Source of the DNA: an uncultured Luteolibacter sp.
Lineage (GTDB): Bacteria > Verrucomicrobiota > Verrucomicrobiia > Verrucomicrobiales > Akkermansiaceae
Assembly (NCBI GenBank): GCA_964554865.1
Contig: CAZKQK010000003.1
Coordinates: 22,931-86,930, forward strand
Direction of reading: 5' to 3'
DNA: 64,000 bases
In this document: piece after piece, positions 1-9,053 of the stretch
Layout: each line of letters opens with the position of its first letter
Numbering within the stretch: position 1 is the first letter of the stretch
Translations under genes and position numbers: made by a program
The notes under the pieces: generated by a model
The model's input: the letters and a program-made list of their open reading frames with translations, nothing else
What the model was told of the DNA's origin: nothing
The model's database searches: none

Positions 1-2
1 CG

Positions 3-245
3 TTCGTGCTGACCGTCCACCATCTCGACGGCAACAAGGCCAACTGCGCTGACTGGAATCTCGCCGCTCTGTGTCAACGGTGTCATCTCAAAATCCAAGG
101 CCGCGTGAAAATGGATCAACTGTTCTTCGCGGAAATCCTCGACGTGTCGGAGTGGTTCAAGCCGCACCTCGAAGGCTACCTGCGCTCGAAGTCGCCGAAC
201 GCAGAGTCCAGCAATCCCCGGAAGCCGGAGGCTGTAGGGGATTAG
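3..245 (+). CDS. HNH endonuclease-like protein, 5'-truncated by window edge
   Basis: LTVHHLDGNKANCADWNLAALCQRCH matches the HNH H-x(n)-N...CxxCH signature; frame is open from the window start. Confidence 0.75.
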   Translation, partial: FVLTVHHLDGNKANCADWNLAALCQRCHLKIQGRVKMDQLFFAEILDVSEWFKPHLEGYLRSKSPNAESSNPRKPEAVGD

Positions 246-274
246 CTGGGACGATTTGTTAGCCTTTTTATTTT

Positions 275-643
275 ATGAAACGACACACCCAAGAAGAAAT
301 ATTCGGAGAGTTCGGATTCCGGCTGATCTGGTCGGTCGAAGATCACTGGGCAGACGTGCGCGTCTATGAGATCACATGCCGCGAAGAAGGGAAACCGCTG
401 TTCAACCGCAATGACTGGCAAAGCCTTCCTGATCCGGTCGAATCTACGGAAGAGGCGGAAGAGTATCTGACCGGCTACGTCAAATGGGACGGCTGCACGG
501 AACTGAATATGGGGCAACCTCACTGGTGCGGGCCGAGCGGATACGCCAAACACTGCTCCCTGCTGAAACACATCTACCACCGCGCTTTTGACCTCATGGG
601 GCGCGAACCGGAAGAAGCATGGCCCAATGAGGCTAACGCCTAG
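275..643 (+). CDS. Hypothetical phage protein
   Basis: 122-aa ORF with normal composition in the phage operon; no motif recognised. Confidence 0.7.
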   Translation: MKRHTQEEIFGEFGFRLIWSVEDHWADVRVYEITCREEGKPLFNRNDWQSLPDPVESTEEAEEYLTGYVKWDGCTELNMGQPHWCGPSGYAKHCSLLKHIYHRAFDLMGREPEEAWPNEANA

Positions 644-676
644 CTCTGGCACCTCCACCACTAACCACAAAAGACT

Positions 677-1111
677 ATGCCAAAAGAGAAAACATCATCG
701 AAGCCAAAACCCTCCGCCAAGAAAAAGACTGGTGGAGGTTGTCCAGAAGCGACTTGTTCGACTTCTGACGCTGGGGTAGAACGTCAATACTTCCACCCAG
801 CACCCAATCCAATGTTCAGCGAGGCGCAACGAGCCTGCACGCTGTTCGTGCGATACAAAACGGCGGTGCCGTGCGCAGTGACCGGAAAGCGAAGCAAGCA
901 CCACTGGACATCGCAAGCCCGCTTCAAGGCAGCGCGGCCAGGCCCCGGCGATTTCACGCTGAAATTCGGGAAATGGCTACCAGCCGGAACGCCCGTGCTC
1001 CGCGACTGCATCATGCAGCCGGACATGAAGGAGTTCATGCGAAAGGTTCGTGCCGCTCAACGTGAGTCGAACGCCTCAGTGGAGCAACCCGCACCCGTGA
1101 AAACTTTATGA
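677..1111 (+). CDS. Hypothetical phage protein
   Basis: 144-aa ORF; its stop overlaps the next start (ATGA at 1108-1111). Confidence 0.6.
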   Translation: MPKEKTSSKPKPSAKKKTGGGCPEATCSTSDAGVERQYFHPAPNPMFSEAQRACTLFVRYKTAVPCAVTGKRSKHHWTSQARFKAARPGPGDFTLKFGKWLPAGTPVLRDCIMQPDMKEFMRKVRAAQRESNASVEQPAPVKTL

Positions 1112-1539
1112 ACACGCCAAAATCCCCACCGACCCTAACCGTTGTCGAAGCCGAGAAGCCCGCTGGTGCGGGTTGCGCTCCCACGCCTGGTTCTCCTTTG
1201 CCGTGCCCGTTCTGTGGAGCGCGGAACATATATTGGTCGGAATGTGGGAGCTTTGTGACGAATCCCTCTGGGAGCGATTACACGCGGCTGGTGTGCATGA
1301 CGTGCGGCTGCGGGACGACGACATATCCTAAAAGCTCGGCAACCCAATGCCTCGCTCTCTGGAACAGACGACCGGCGGAAGACGCGCTCCGGCAGCTCGA
1401 CGCGATATACCGATCCGAGATGGACGAGAAATACATGGCGGGAGAACGTTCCCAGCAACTGCTTGACTTCGACCAAGCCAAGGCCGCGCTGAAAGCGACG
1501 GCGGATCAGGGGCAGGAACAACTCGGATTCGGAAGCTGA
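1108..1539 (+). CDS. Lar (restriction alleviation)-family zinc-finger protein
   Basis: PLPCPFCG...VCMTCGC...ALWNRR is the typical Lar-family CPFCG/CxxC/WNRR pattern. Confidence 0.7.
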   Translation: MNTPKSPPTLTVVEAEKPAGAGCAPTPGSPLPCPFCGARNIYWSECGSFVTNPSGSDYTRLVCMTCGCGTTTYPKSSATQCLALWNRRPAEDALRQLDAIYRSEMDEKYMAGERSQQLLDFDQAKAALKATADQGQEQLGFGS

Positions 1540-1556
1540 ACCCACCGCCTCCCGCC

Positions 1557-2213
1557 ATGGTCCCAACATCCCTCAAAGGCAAGGAATTCGAATCGCTTAT
1601 CCTCGACGCGGCAAAGCGCGAGGAATCCGGCGGAAGGCTGACCCTCTCTCGCTACGGCGTGCAGGGGGTCACCTTCGGAGGCAAGACGATCCTGATTCCG
1701 AGCCTGCCGGACTTCGAGGGGGTGCTGGCGGGCGGGCGGCAATTCATTGTCGAGGCGAAATGCGCCAAGGCTGCTAGTTTCGAGCTTCGGGACGACAAGT
1801 TCAAGAACCGCCAATATGCGCACATGGCGAGGAGGGCCGAATTCGGAGCCCTCTGCTTCCTGTTGATCCATTTCGCGGAGCGCCAGCTTGTGACGAAGCG
1901 CGATCCGGGAATGACCGTGGCGGTTCCTGTGAGCGCCCGCCACCCGTTCTGGATGCTCTACGAGACCGGCGAGCGCAAGACGCTCTCCCGCGACGAGGCG
2001 CTGATCATCGGGCAGGTGGTTCCGTGGCGCGTTCCGAAAGGCTGCCGCAAGCCTCTGCCGGATCTTCTTTCCTTCCTCCTGCCGGAGGCCAGAGCCCTTC
2101 AGCTTTCCGCAGAACAACCGATACTTTTCTGGTGTACTACTACAAAGAAAACGACCAAAACGCCGCCGCCGAGTTCATCGCCTTCACCCCATGACCCTTC
2201 ACTTACCGAATGA
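1557..2213 (+). CDS. RecU-like Holliday junction resolvase (PD-(D/E)xK nuclease)
   Basis: KGKEFE...PDFEG...FIVEAK...Q..HM.....FGALCFLLIHF follows the RecU motif order (G..FE, DYxG, xEAK, Q..HM, GG.xF). Confidence 0.7.
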   Translation: MVPTSLKGKEFESLILDAAKREESGGRLTLSRYGVQGVTFGGKTILIPSLPDFEGVLAGGRQFIVEAKCAKAASFELRDDKFKNRQYAHMARRAEFGALCFLLIHFAERQLVTKRDPGMTVAVPVSARHPFWMLYETGERKTLSRDEALIIGQVVPWRVPKGCRKPLPDLLSFLLPEARALQLSAEQPILFWCTTTKKTTKTPPPSSSPSPHDPSLTE

Positions 2214-3043
2214 GCCACAAGATAAGCCGGGCCGTTTGGTCCGCTAAAATCCAAGACCCTCAAGCCAAGCTGATACTCCTGAAGCTGGCCGACTGCGCCA
2301 ACGACAAAGGCGTCTGCTGGCCATTCGTTTCAACCATCGCCGCCGACACCGAACTTTCCGAACGCACCGTGAGACGCAAAACGGAACATCTGGAAGAGAC
2401 CGGTTGGATAGTTCGTGACCGGGTAAAAAACAGCGTTACATACACCATAAAGATTCCCCCAAGGGGTGACACACAGACCGGGTCAGGGGTGACACACAGT
2501 CACCCCCTAAACGCCCCAGGGGGTGACACACAGACCGGGTCAGGGGTGACACACAGTCACCCCCTAAACGCCCCAGGGGGTGACACACAGACCGGGGGTG
2601 ACACACAGACACCCTGTCAGGCTGACCGGTCAGGGGTGACACACAGACCGGTAGGGGGTGACACACAGACCGTTACCTATACTAGAGAATCGGTAATAGA
2701 ACCGGTAAAGGAACCAAAGAGAGAAGCGCACGCGAGGCAGGCTGAGACGATCGTTTCCGAATATCCCCGGCGGGAAAAATTCGCATCCGCTCTGAACCTC
2801 GTGAAAAAGGATCTCGATGATGGCGGCGATTTTGAAGCGATGCTGAAGGGCACGAAGGCGATTGCGGCCGTCATCCGCTCCCTGCCATCCGGCGGCGCGA
2901 ATCGCTACGTCCCGAGCGCCGAGACATTTTTTCGGGACAAGCGGTGGCAGGACGACCCCGAATCGTTCCGCCGAACCGATCGGAATCCAGCCGATTCCGA
3001 GACCCCGCCAAAACGCAGCAAATTCGACACCTGGAGCCAATGA
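2210..3043 (+). CDS. Phage replication initiator (N-terminal winged HTH, central iteron-coded repeats)
   Basis: AKLILLKLADCANDKGVCWP..STIA..TELSERTVRR....LEETGWI is an HTH_36-type N-terminus; GGDTQT repeats; followed by a DnaC-like loader. Confidence 0.85.
   Translation: MSHKISRAVWSAKIQDPQAKLILLKLADCANDKGVCWPFVSTIAADTELSERTVRRKTEHLEETGWIVRDRVKNSVTYTIKIPPRGDTQTGSGVTHSHPLNAPGGDTQTGSGVTHSHPLNAPGGDTQTGGDTQTPCQADRSGVTHRPVGGDTQTVTYTRESVIEPVKEPKREAHARQAETIVSEYPRREKFASALNLVKKDLDDGGDFEAMLKGTKAIAAVIRSLPSGGANRYVPSAETFFRDKRWQDDPESFRRTDRNPADSETPPKRSKFDTWSQ
2463..2668 (+). repeat. Iteron cluster, probable phage origin of replication: 8 copies of GGGGTGACACACAG
   Basis: Copies start at 2463, 2486, 2520, 2543, 2577, 2595, 2633 and 2655; 2463-2519 is tandemly duplicated (57 bp); lies inside the initiator gene as in lambdoid origins. 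Confidence 0.85.
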
Positions 3044-3726
3044 CCGCCACCCTCAAATCCGCCCAATGCCCGACCTGTGGAACAACGCATGAGTTCGAGC
3101 CATGCGACGCGCTGCCCGACTGCGTGCCTCTCTGCGATGCGTGCGACAGGCATCAGGCCGCAACGTGGAAGCTCGGCGAGAAACGCCGGATTTGGCGCAA
3201 GCACTACGTTTCGCGATTGCCGAAAGGATACCTCCTCGCCGAGCCGGAAAAAGTGCCTCCCTGGTTCGTTCCCGCACTGAAATGGACGGCATCGGAGCAT
3301 CATGGCGGAATGGGCCTGATAGGAGATTCCGGAGCCGGGAAAAGCTGCGCGATGGCCTGCCGTCTATGGACGCTGGAGACTCCCTTTTTGTGGTGGTCCG
3401 GCACCGAGGCTCGGGACGCCGCGATTGAGGTGGCGACCGCCGACAAGGACCGGGAGGGAGCATCGCGCCGATGGGAGCACGCGATGCGCGTTGAAATCCT
3501 GGTCATTGACGACATCAGCCAGGGCAGGATGACGGAGGCGTGGAGCTCGAAGCTGTTCGATATACTCGAAACGAGATTGAGCAACGGCCTCCCGACGCTC
3601 TGGACCTGCCAGGTTCCGCCCGACGATCTCCGCGCCAAGATCATCCGCCAGAACGGCGGCGATACCGCCCAGGCCGACGCGATTGAACGCCGCCTGGCCC
3701 AACACTCGCTCGTTCTGAAGGCATGA
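3040..3726 (+). CDS. DnaC/IstB-like AAA+ helicase loader
   Basis: Walker A GDSGAGKS, Walker B ILVIDD, N-terminal CxxC zinc knuckles; ATGA overlap with the initiator stop supports the 3040 start. Confidence 0.85.
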   Translation: MTATLKSAQCPTCGTTHEFEPCDALPDCVPLCDACDRHQAATWKLGEKRRIWRKHYVSRLPKGYLLAEPEKVPPWFVPALKWTASEHHGGMGLIGDSGAGKSCAMACRLWTLETPFLWWSGTEARDAAIEVATADKDREGASRRWEHAMRVEILVIDDISQGRMTEAWSSKLFDILETRLSNGLPTLWTCQVPPDDLRAKIIRQNGGDTAQADAIERRLAQHSLVLKA

Positions 3727-3813
3727 TTCGTGAGCGTGACCATCCGTTATCTGAGAAAAGCCCGGATCCGGGGCTTGACTAGGATGCTTAAAATAAGCAG
3801 GGGAGAGAAGACC

Positions 3814-4230
3814 ATGGCCAAACATCCATTGAATGACAGGCAGCGACGGTTCGCGGAGTTTGTTGTGTCGGGTGACACGGCGACGGTTGCTTACGTCAAG
3901 GCAGGATACTCTAAAAATGGAGCGAAGGTGGGGGCGTCGAAGCTGCTAACCCATGCTAACGTGAAAGGCTACCTCGCCAAGCTCCGAAAGCCTCAGACAG
4001 AAAAAGCCATTGCGACCCGCCAGCGGAAGAGGGAAATCCTCGCCGCGATCATGGAGGGAAGGACCAAGGGAGCGACCGTGGCCGACCGAATCCGGGCGAT
4101 CCAAGCCGACAACCTTATGACCGGCGACAACAAGCCGATCAAGGTCGAAGGGGAAATCACGCTGAAGCGCGTGCTCGATGCCATCGGCGGCAGCGAGGGC
4201 CCGGGAGTGAGTAACGACGACTTCGCATGA
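3814..4230 (+). CDS. terS: Terminase small subunit
   Basis: LNDRQRRFAEF....ATVAYVKAGYS.....ASKLLTHANV is the classic TerS N-terminus; GGGGAG upstream of ATG 3814. Confidence 0.9.
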   Translation: MAKHPLNDRQRRFAEFVVSGDTATVAYVKAGYSKNGAKVGASKLLTHANVKGYLAKLRKPQTEKAIATRQRKREILAAIMEGRTKGATVADRIRAIQADNLMTGDNKPIKVEGEITLKRVLDAIGGSEGPGVSNDDFA

Positions 4231-5906
4231 CATCCGAAGAACTCCAACTCCACGGGAAACTCTGCAAGCGCGGCTGGAGGCTGAGCAATCTCTACTGGAT
4301 CGAAGACGAGAAGGGAGTGAAGCGGAAGTTTCGCCTGAACTGGGCACAGCGGGCGTTCCTCGCCGCCATGTGGTGGTTAAATGTCATCCTCAAGGCCCGC
4401 CAGCTCGGCATGTCAACGCTGATGGCGATCTACATTCTCGACACCTGCCTGTTTGGAAAAAACAAGACGTGCGGCATCATCGACAAGACCGACAAGGACG
4501 CGATCAAGAAGCTCAAGAAGATCCTCTTCGCCTACGAGAATCTTGATTGTACCGATCCCAGCGACGGGCCATCAACCGCCGAGCTTGGGGCGCTGATCAA
4601 GGAGGCCGTCCAACTCATCCGAAACAACGATCACGAGCTCGAATTCTCAAATGAGTCGAAGGTTTGGGCGGGAACCTCGCTGCGCGGCGGCACGATCCAG
4701 GTGCTTCACGTTTCGGAACTGGGATACATCGCCAGGAACTTCCACAAGCGCGCGGAGGAAATTCGAAGTGGATCGTTCAACACGGTTCACCAAGGCTGCG
4801 TGATCGTCATCGAGTCAACCCACGAGGGCGGAAAGACCGGGCTGAACTACGAGATGATAGTCACGGCTCAAGAATCGCCGGCCGATCTTTCTCCGCTCGA
4901 CTGGAAGTTTCACTTCTTCGCGTGGTGGCAAGATCCAAAATATTCGCTTGAGAACCCGAAGCCAATCACCGACGAGCGACTGGTGAAGTATTTCGATGAC
5001 CTGCTCGTCACCCATCAAATCGAACTGACACCGGGCCAAAAGGCATGGTATGCCGCGAAGGATAGAACCCAGAAAGAAGCCATGAAGAAGGAATTCCCAA
5101 GCACGCCCGAGGAGGCCGTCAACGCCGTGATCAAGGGCGCGATCTACGGGCCGGAGATCAGCCGAGCCCGCGCCGATGGCCGGGTGTGCGACTTCAACCT
5201 TGAGCCGGGGATGCCGATCTACTGCGCATGGGACATCGGCATGAGCGACTTTGCCGACCTGTGGTTCATTCAGCCCGTGGGCCTTCAACATCGGATCGTT
5301 GACTTCTACGAGAACAACGGGATGGGGGCTGCTCATTACCTCGAATTCATCAGGGCATGGGAGAAACAGCACGGCGTCACGATTGCTTGGAACCTGCTGC
5401 CTCACGATGCCGGACATCGCGAGTTCGGCACCGGAATGAGTGTAATTCAGCAACTTGACGCGATGGGGCTCCACAACTGCCTGATTGTGCCGCGCACGCC
5501 TGACGTGTGGGTCGGCATCAACAAGCTCCGGGCGATGATTTCGAACATGGTTTTCCACAAGACGGCATGCGGCAACGACCGGTTCAAAGAGGGCAGGCGA
5601 TACCCCTCCGGACTCGGAGCGTTGGAGGCCTACCGCACGGCCGACGACACGAGCGCGGCCGTCATCAAGGAGATGCCGCTTCACGACGACTGCTCGCATG
5701 CGGCCGATGGTCTGCGGACCTACGCCGAAGCGTTTTCCGCCGGCATGGTCAGCCAGCACAATTTCAAGACGCAGGGGAATAAGAAGGCCGCCGTCACCGT
5801 CACCAAGCACGGCCCCCGCGTGATCGATGATGACTTTGACGACGACAAGCCCACCGTCTCACGGGGCGGATCCATCAACTTCCGGAAAATCCGGGTCACG
5901 AAATGA
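4227..5906 (+). CDS. terL: Terminase large subunit
   Basis: ILKARQLGMST Walker A, LHVSELG Walker B, IESTHEG coupling motif, WDIG and HAADGLR RNase H-like nuclease motifs. Confidence 0.95.
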   Translation: MTSEELQLHGKLCKRGWRLSNLYWIEDEKGVKRKFRLNWAQRAFLAAMWWLNVILKARQLGMSTLMAIYILDTCLFGKNKTCGIIDKTDKDAIKKLKKILFAYENLDCTDPSDGPSTAELGALIKEAVQLIRNNDHELEFSNESKVWAGTSLRGGTIQVLHVSELGYIARNFHKRAEEIRSGSFNTVHQGCVIVIESTHEGGKTGLNYEMIVTAQESPADLSPLDWKFHFFAWWQDPKYSLENPKPITDERLVKYFDDLLVTHQIELTPGQKAWYAAKDRTQKEAMKKEFPSTPEEAVNAVIKGAIYGPEISRARADGRVCDFNLEPGMPIYCAWDIGMSDFADLWFIQPVGLQHRIVDFYENNGMGAAHYLEFIRAWEKQHGVTIAWNLLPHDAGHREFGTGMSVIQQLDAMGLHNCLIVPRTPDVWVGINKLRAMISNMVFHKTACGNDRFKEGRRYPSGLGALEAYRTADDTSAAVIKEMPLHDDCSHAADGLRTYAEAFSAGMVSQHNFKTQGNKKAAVTVTKHGPRVIDDDFDDDKPTVSRGGSINFRKIRVTK

Positions 5907-6283
5907 CTCCCGTGGAAGCCGCCGCCGCCGTCTATTCCCGCGAGCCGTGCGCCCGTTCGTTCCGCGAGGATCTGGAGGCGCACCTTCTGCATGGCATCGT
6001 CGTCAACACGCAGACGGCCTTCGTGCTCGCCCGCTACGTGTGCCGGGCTTGGCCCGCTGCCGCCATCGTCAACCCGTGGATAAACGATCTGACGTGCGCC
6101 CCGCGCGACTGCCTCCACATCCACCTTGCGGCGGGGCGCACGTCAGAGTTCTTTACTTTTCCGCACGCTCCATGTAGTTGGGTTTCGTTCGAACGACGCA
6201 ACATCCTGCGTTTCCACCCATACGACACCATTCAAAGGCGATGCAACACGAACTCTCAGGCCCTTTCTTCACCCCGGATCTGA
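5903..6283 (+). CDS. Hypothetical phage protein
   Basis: 126-aa ORF coupled to the terL stop (ATGA overlap). Confidence 0.65.
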   Translation: MTPVEAAAAVYSREPCARSFREDLEAHLLHGIVVNTQTAFVLARYVCRAWPAAAIVNPWINDLTCAPRDCLHIHLAAGRTSEFFTFPHAPCSWVSFERRNILRFHPYDTIQRRCNTNSQALSSPRI

Positions 6284-6504
6284 TCGGTCCCGACGGCAAA
6301 CTCCGCCGCCTTCACAAGGGCGGAGATCCTCCGAAACCGGTAGCGCCGCCGCCGCCTGTCCGGGATTCGTCCAGAGTGATCGCCAAGGAGGGCGAGACGG
6401 CGCGCCGCGACGCGTTGATGCGGGCCGGATACGCTTCCACCGTCAAACCGAAGAGCCTGCTCGGTTCTGCCGACCAACCCGGAACCAAGTCCCTTCTGGG
6501 CTGA
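6241..6504 (+). CDS. Small Pro-rich virion protein preceding the portal (gp7.3-like position)
   Basis: GGDPPKPVAPPPP...KSLLG pattern and position just upstream of the portal; start uncertain. Confidence 0.55.
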   Translation: MQHELSGPFFTPDLIGPDGKLRRLHKGGDPPKPVAPPPPVRDSSRVIAKEGETARRDALMRAGYASTVKPKSLLGSADQPGTKSLLG

Positions 6505-6511
6505 CACCACC

Positions 6512-8167
6512 ATGCCTGCCGACATCGAGGAACTCTGCCAGCGCCACGAGGCACTTAAGTCCGACCGCTCCACGTGGGACTCGTGGTGCCAGGAACTCGG
6601 GAACGTGGTTTCCCCGCGCAAGGCGGAGATCACGAGCAAGAACACCACGCCGAGCGGAGACAAGGAAAGCCGCCTTTACAACACAATGGCAGTCGAGTGC
6701 AACATGACACTGGCGGGAGGTACCATGAGCTATCTCTTCCCCATCAGTGAGAAATGGTTTCAGGCGGAGCCGCCACAGGGTGGCGATGATGCCGCATTCA
6801 GATGGTATTCGAAGTGCGCGGAAATCATGCTCGAAGGGCTCGCGAACTCGAATTTCTACACCGAAGCACACGAAGCCTGCCTTGATCGCTGCGGATTCGG
6901 CACCGGGCTTATTTACTGTGAGGAAAGCATCACGAGCGCGTCCGGCCTGATCTTCGATGCGGTTCCATGCGGAACCTACGCGCTGGCAGAGAACTCCGAG
7001 AAGATGGTGGACACCACGTTCCGCGAGCGCCAGATGACGGCCGTGCAACTCGCGCAAGAGTTCGGCGAGGGCAGGCTTCCGAAGAAAATCGCCGAGGCGC
7101 TGGCCGATCCGAAGAAACGCAACAGCGAGAAGTTCACCGTCGTTCACGCGGTCTATCCTCGCGCGGATCGCGACACGCTCAAGCTCGATTCCCTCAACAT
7201 GGGAGTCGCCTCATGCTGGTTTGTCACCGGAGAAAAGCACATGCTCAGAGAGGGCGGCTACGAGTCGAACCCCTACCTTGCCAGCCGCTACCTGAAATGG
7301 GGCGGCGAGGTTTATGGCTGGTGTCCGGGCTGGCAGGCGCTCCCGGCCGCGAAGCAGCTCAACATGCTGGAACGCCTGATGGACGGAATGGCCGAGGTGG
7401 CACTGTATCCGCGCATGCTGATCCCTTCCACGCTGGAGGGTGTCGTCGGCCTGGGGGCGGGGGAGGGGACCATCTACAACCCGTTCCAGAACGCGAAGCC
7501 CGAGACCTGGGGGACCGACATCCGCTTCGATGCGGGACTCGAACGCCTCCAGCGCCGGGAGCAGGAGATCAAGGACGCCTACCACTACGATCTGTTCAAG
7601 ATGTTCTCCCAGTTGGACAAGCAGATGACCCGCGCGGAAGTGTGGGAACGCGCGGCGGAAAAACTGATTCTGTTCTCTCCGACCACGACCAGGGTCCAAA
7701 CAGAGTGGCAGATACCGCTGCTCCAGCGCGTGTTCCGCATCTACATGAAGCAGATGCGTTTTCCGCCGCCACCGGCTTCGGTGGTCGCGATGGACGGGCA
7801 AGGACCGCATGTCCGCCCGCCGCGCATTCTGTTCACCTCCCGCGTTGCTCTGGCGATCCGTTCGCTGCAATCGGCCGGCTTCATGAGCCTGCTCGAATCC
7901 CTGCAACCGATGCTGGCGATTGACCCGAGCGTGCGCCACGTCGTGAAGATCCAGACCTCCGCGAAGGGTCTCGGCCGCAACTTCGGAGTGCCCGAGGAAT
8001 GGATGGCATCCGAGGAGGAATACCAAGGCTCGATCCAAGCCGAGCAAGAGGCGATTATGCAACAGCAGCAGATGGCCATGGCCGCGCAAGGCGTGACCGC
8101 CGCATCCAAACTCAAGCCCGAGCAGATCAACGCCGTGGCCAACGCGCTGGGAGGGAAAGCCGCATGA
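6512..8167 (+). CDS. Portal / head-tail connector (T7 gp8-like)
   Basis: 551 aa; MTAVQLAQEFG, RYLKWGGEVYGWCPG and MTRAEVWERAAEK resemble the conserved MTATEV..R..E motif of podoviral portals. Confidence 0.9.
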   Translation: MPADIEELCQRHEALKSDRSTWDSWCQELGNVVSPRKAEITSKNTTPSGDKESRLYNTMAVECNMTLAGGTMSYLFPISEKWFQAEPPQGGDDAAFRWYSKCAEIMLEGLANSNFYTEAHEACLDRCGFGTGLIYCEESITSASGLIFDAVPCGTYALAENSEKMVDTTFRERQMTAVQLAQEFGEGRLPKKIAEALADPKKRNSEKFTVVHAVYPRADRDTLKLDSLNMGVASCWFVTGEKHMLREGGYESNPYLASRYLKWGGEVYGWCPGWQALPAAKQLNMLERLMDGMAEVALYPRMLIPSTLEGVVGLGAGEGTIYNPFQNAKPETWGTDIRFDAGLERLQRREQEIKDAYHYDLFKMFSQLDKQMTRAEVWERAAEKLILFSPTTTRVQTEWQIPLLQRVFRIYMKQMRFPPPPASVVAMDGQGPHVRPPRILFTSRVALAIRSLQSAGFMSLLESLQPMLAIDPSVRHVVKIQTSAKGLGRNFGVPEEWMASEEEYQGSIQAEQEAIMQQQQMAMAAQGVTAASKLKPEQINAVANALGGKAA

Positions 8168-8463
8168 TAAACGCACAAGTCACATTGACCGACGATGACG
8201 GCGACGACGATCTCCAGCGGTCGCTCAAGCGCCAGGCACGCAAGGAGTGCCGCGCCTTCGCCCGTCTTTTCAAGACCGAGGACGGCAAGCTGTTTCTCGA
8301 AACCCTGAAACGTGACATAGGCTGGGATCAGTCCGGGCCGGTCGATCAGGAAAATGAACACCCGATCCACCACTGGCTGGGACAGCGCTCGGTCATCTGG
8401 GGCATCCAGCACAAGATTTCGACGGGGGAACGCCTCACCGAAGAAACCAACAACAACGACTGA
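8164..8463 (+). CDS. Bbp19-like small phage protein
   Basis: F.TEDGK..L..L...G......GQRSVI..I pattern; follows the portal with an ATGA overlap. Confidence 0.6.
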   Translation: MINAQVTLTDDDGDDDLQRSLKRQARKECRAFARLFKTEDGKLFLETLKRDIGWDQSGPVDQENEHPIHHWLGQRSVIWGIQHKISTGERLTEETNNND

Positions 8464-8467
8464 CAAC

Positions 8468-9043
8468 ATGAAAACCGAGGAAATCTACATGATCGACGAT
8501 TCCGGCAAGCTCTTCCGCAAGGGCGAGGAAATCGGCAGGCTCGAAGACGATACGATGACGCTCAAGCCCGAGGCGAAGAAGTATCAGGCCGCCGTCACCC
8601 GATGGCTGCGCGAGAAGGCCGACGAGGCGGAGAAGGTGGCCGCGCCTGTGATTCCGAGCGAGGCGCAACAGGACGAAAGCCGTTTGGCCGCGGTGCAACG
8701 CGATGTGGCGAACGGCAAAGCGCTTGCAAAGACCCAATGGGACGATGATTGCGCGTTCGCTATCCGCACGGGATGCCCTCCCCCTCCAAAGAAAAACCCG
8801 CAGTTCGGAGACAAGTCCCCCGCGTTCGTTGAATGGCTCCACAAATATCGGCACGAGGAATTCCTGAAACGATATGGAGTGATCAGGCGCGGCAAGGTTC
8901 CGGTGGTCGCCACCAACCCGGAGACCGGTATCGATGAGGTGACCGGTTACCGGGAAACTTATTTCGCCACCAGGAAAACGCATCTTACCGAAGTTGTCAG
9001 CACGAATTCCAACCTCGGCGATGACATGGACTGGAACGCCTAA
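8468..9043 (+). CDS. Hypothetical phage protein
   Basis: ORF from ATG 8468 in the head operon; no motif recognised. Confidence 0.7.
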   Translation: MKTEEIYMIDDSGKLFRKGEEIGRLEDDTMTLKPEAKKYQAAVTRWLREKADEAEKVAAPVIPSEAQQDESRLAAVQRDVANGKALAKTQWDDDCAFAIRTGCPPPPKKNPQFGDKSPAFVEWLHKYRHEEFLKRYGVIRRGKVPVVATNPETGIDEVTGYRETYFATRKTHLTEVVSTNSNLGDDMDWNA

Positions 9044-9053
9044 CACCTGACGC

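Noticed and set aside
2463-2668. CRISPR array
   Set aside because: Irregular spacing, non-unique spacers, in-frame location inside a replication gene and no cas genes; these are iterons
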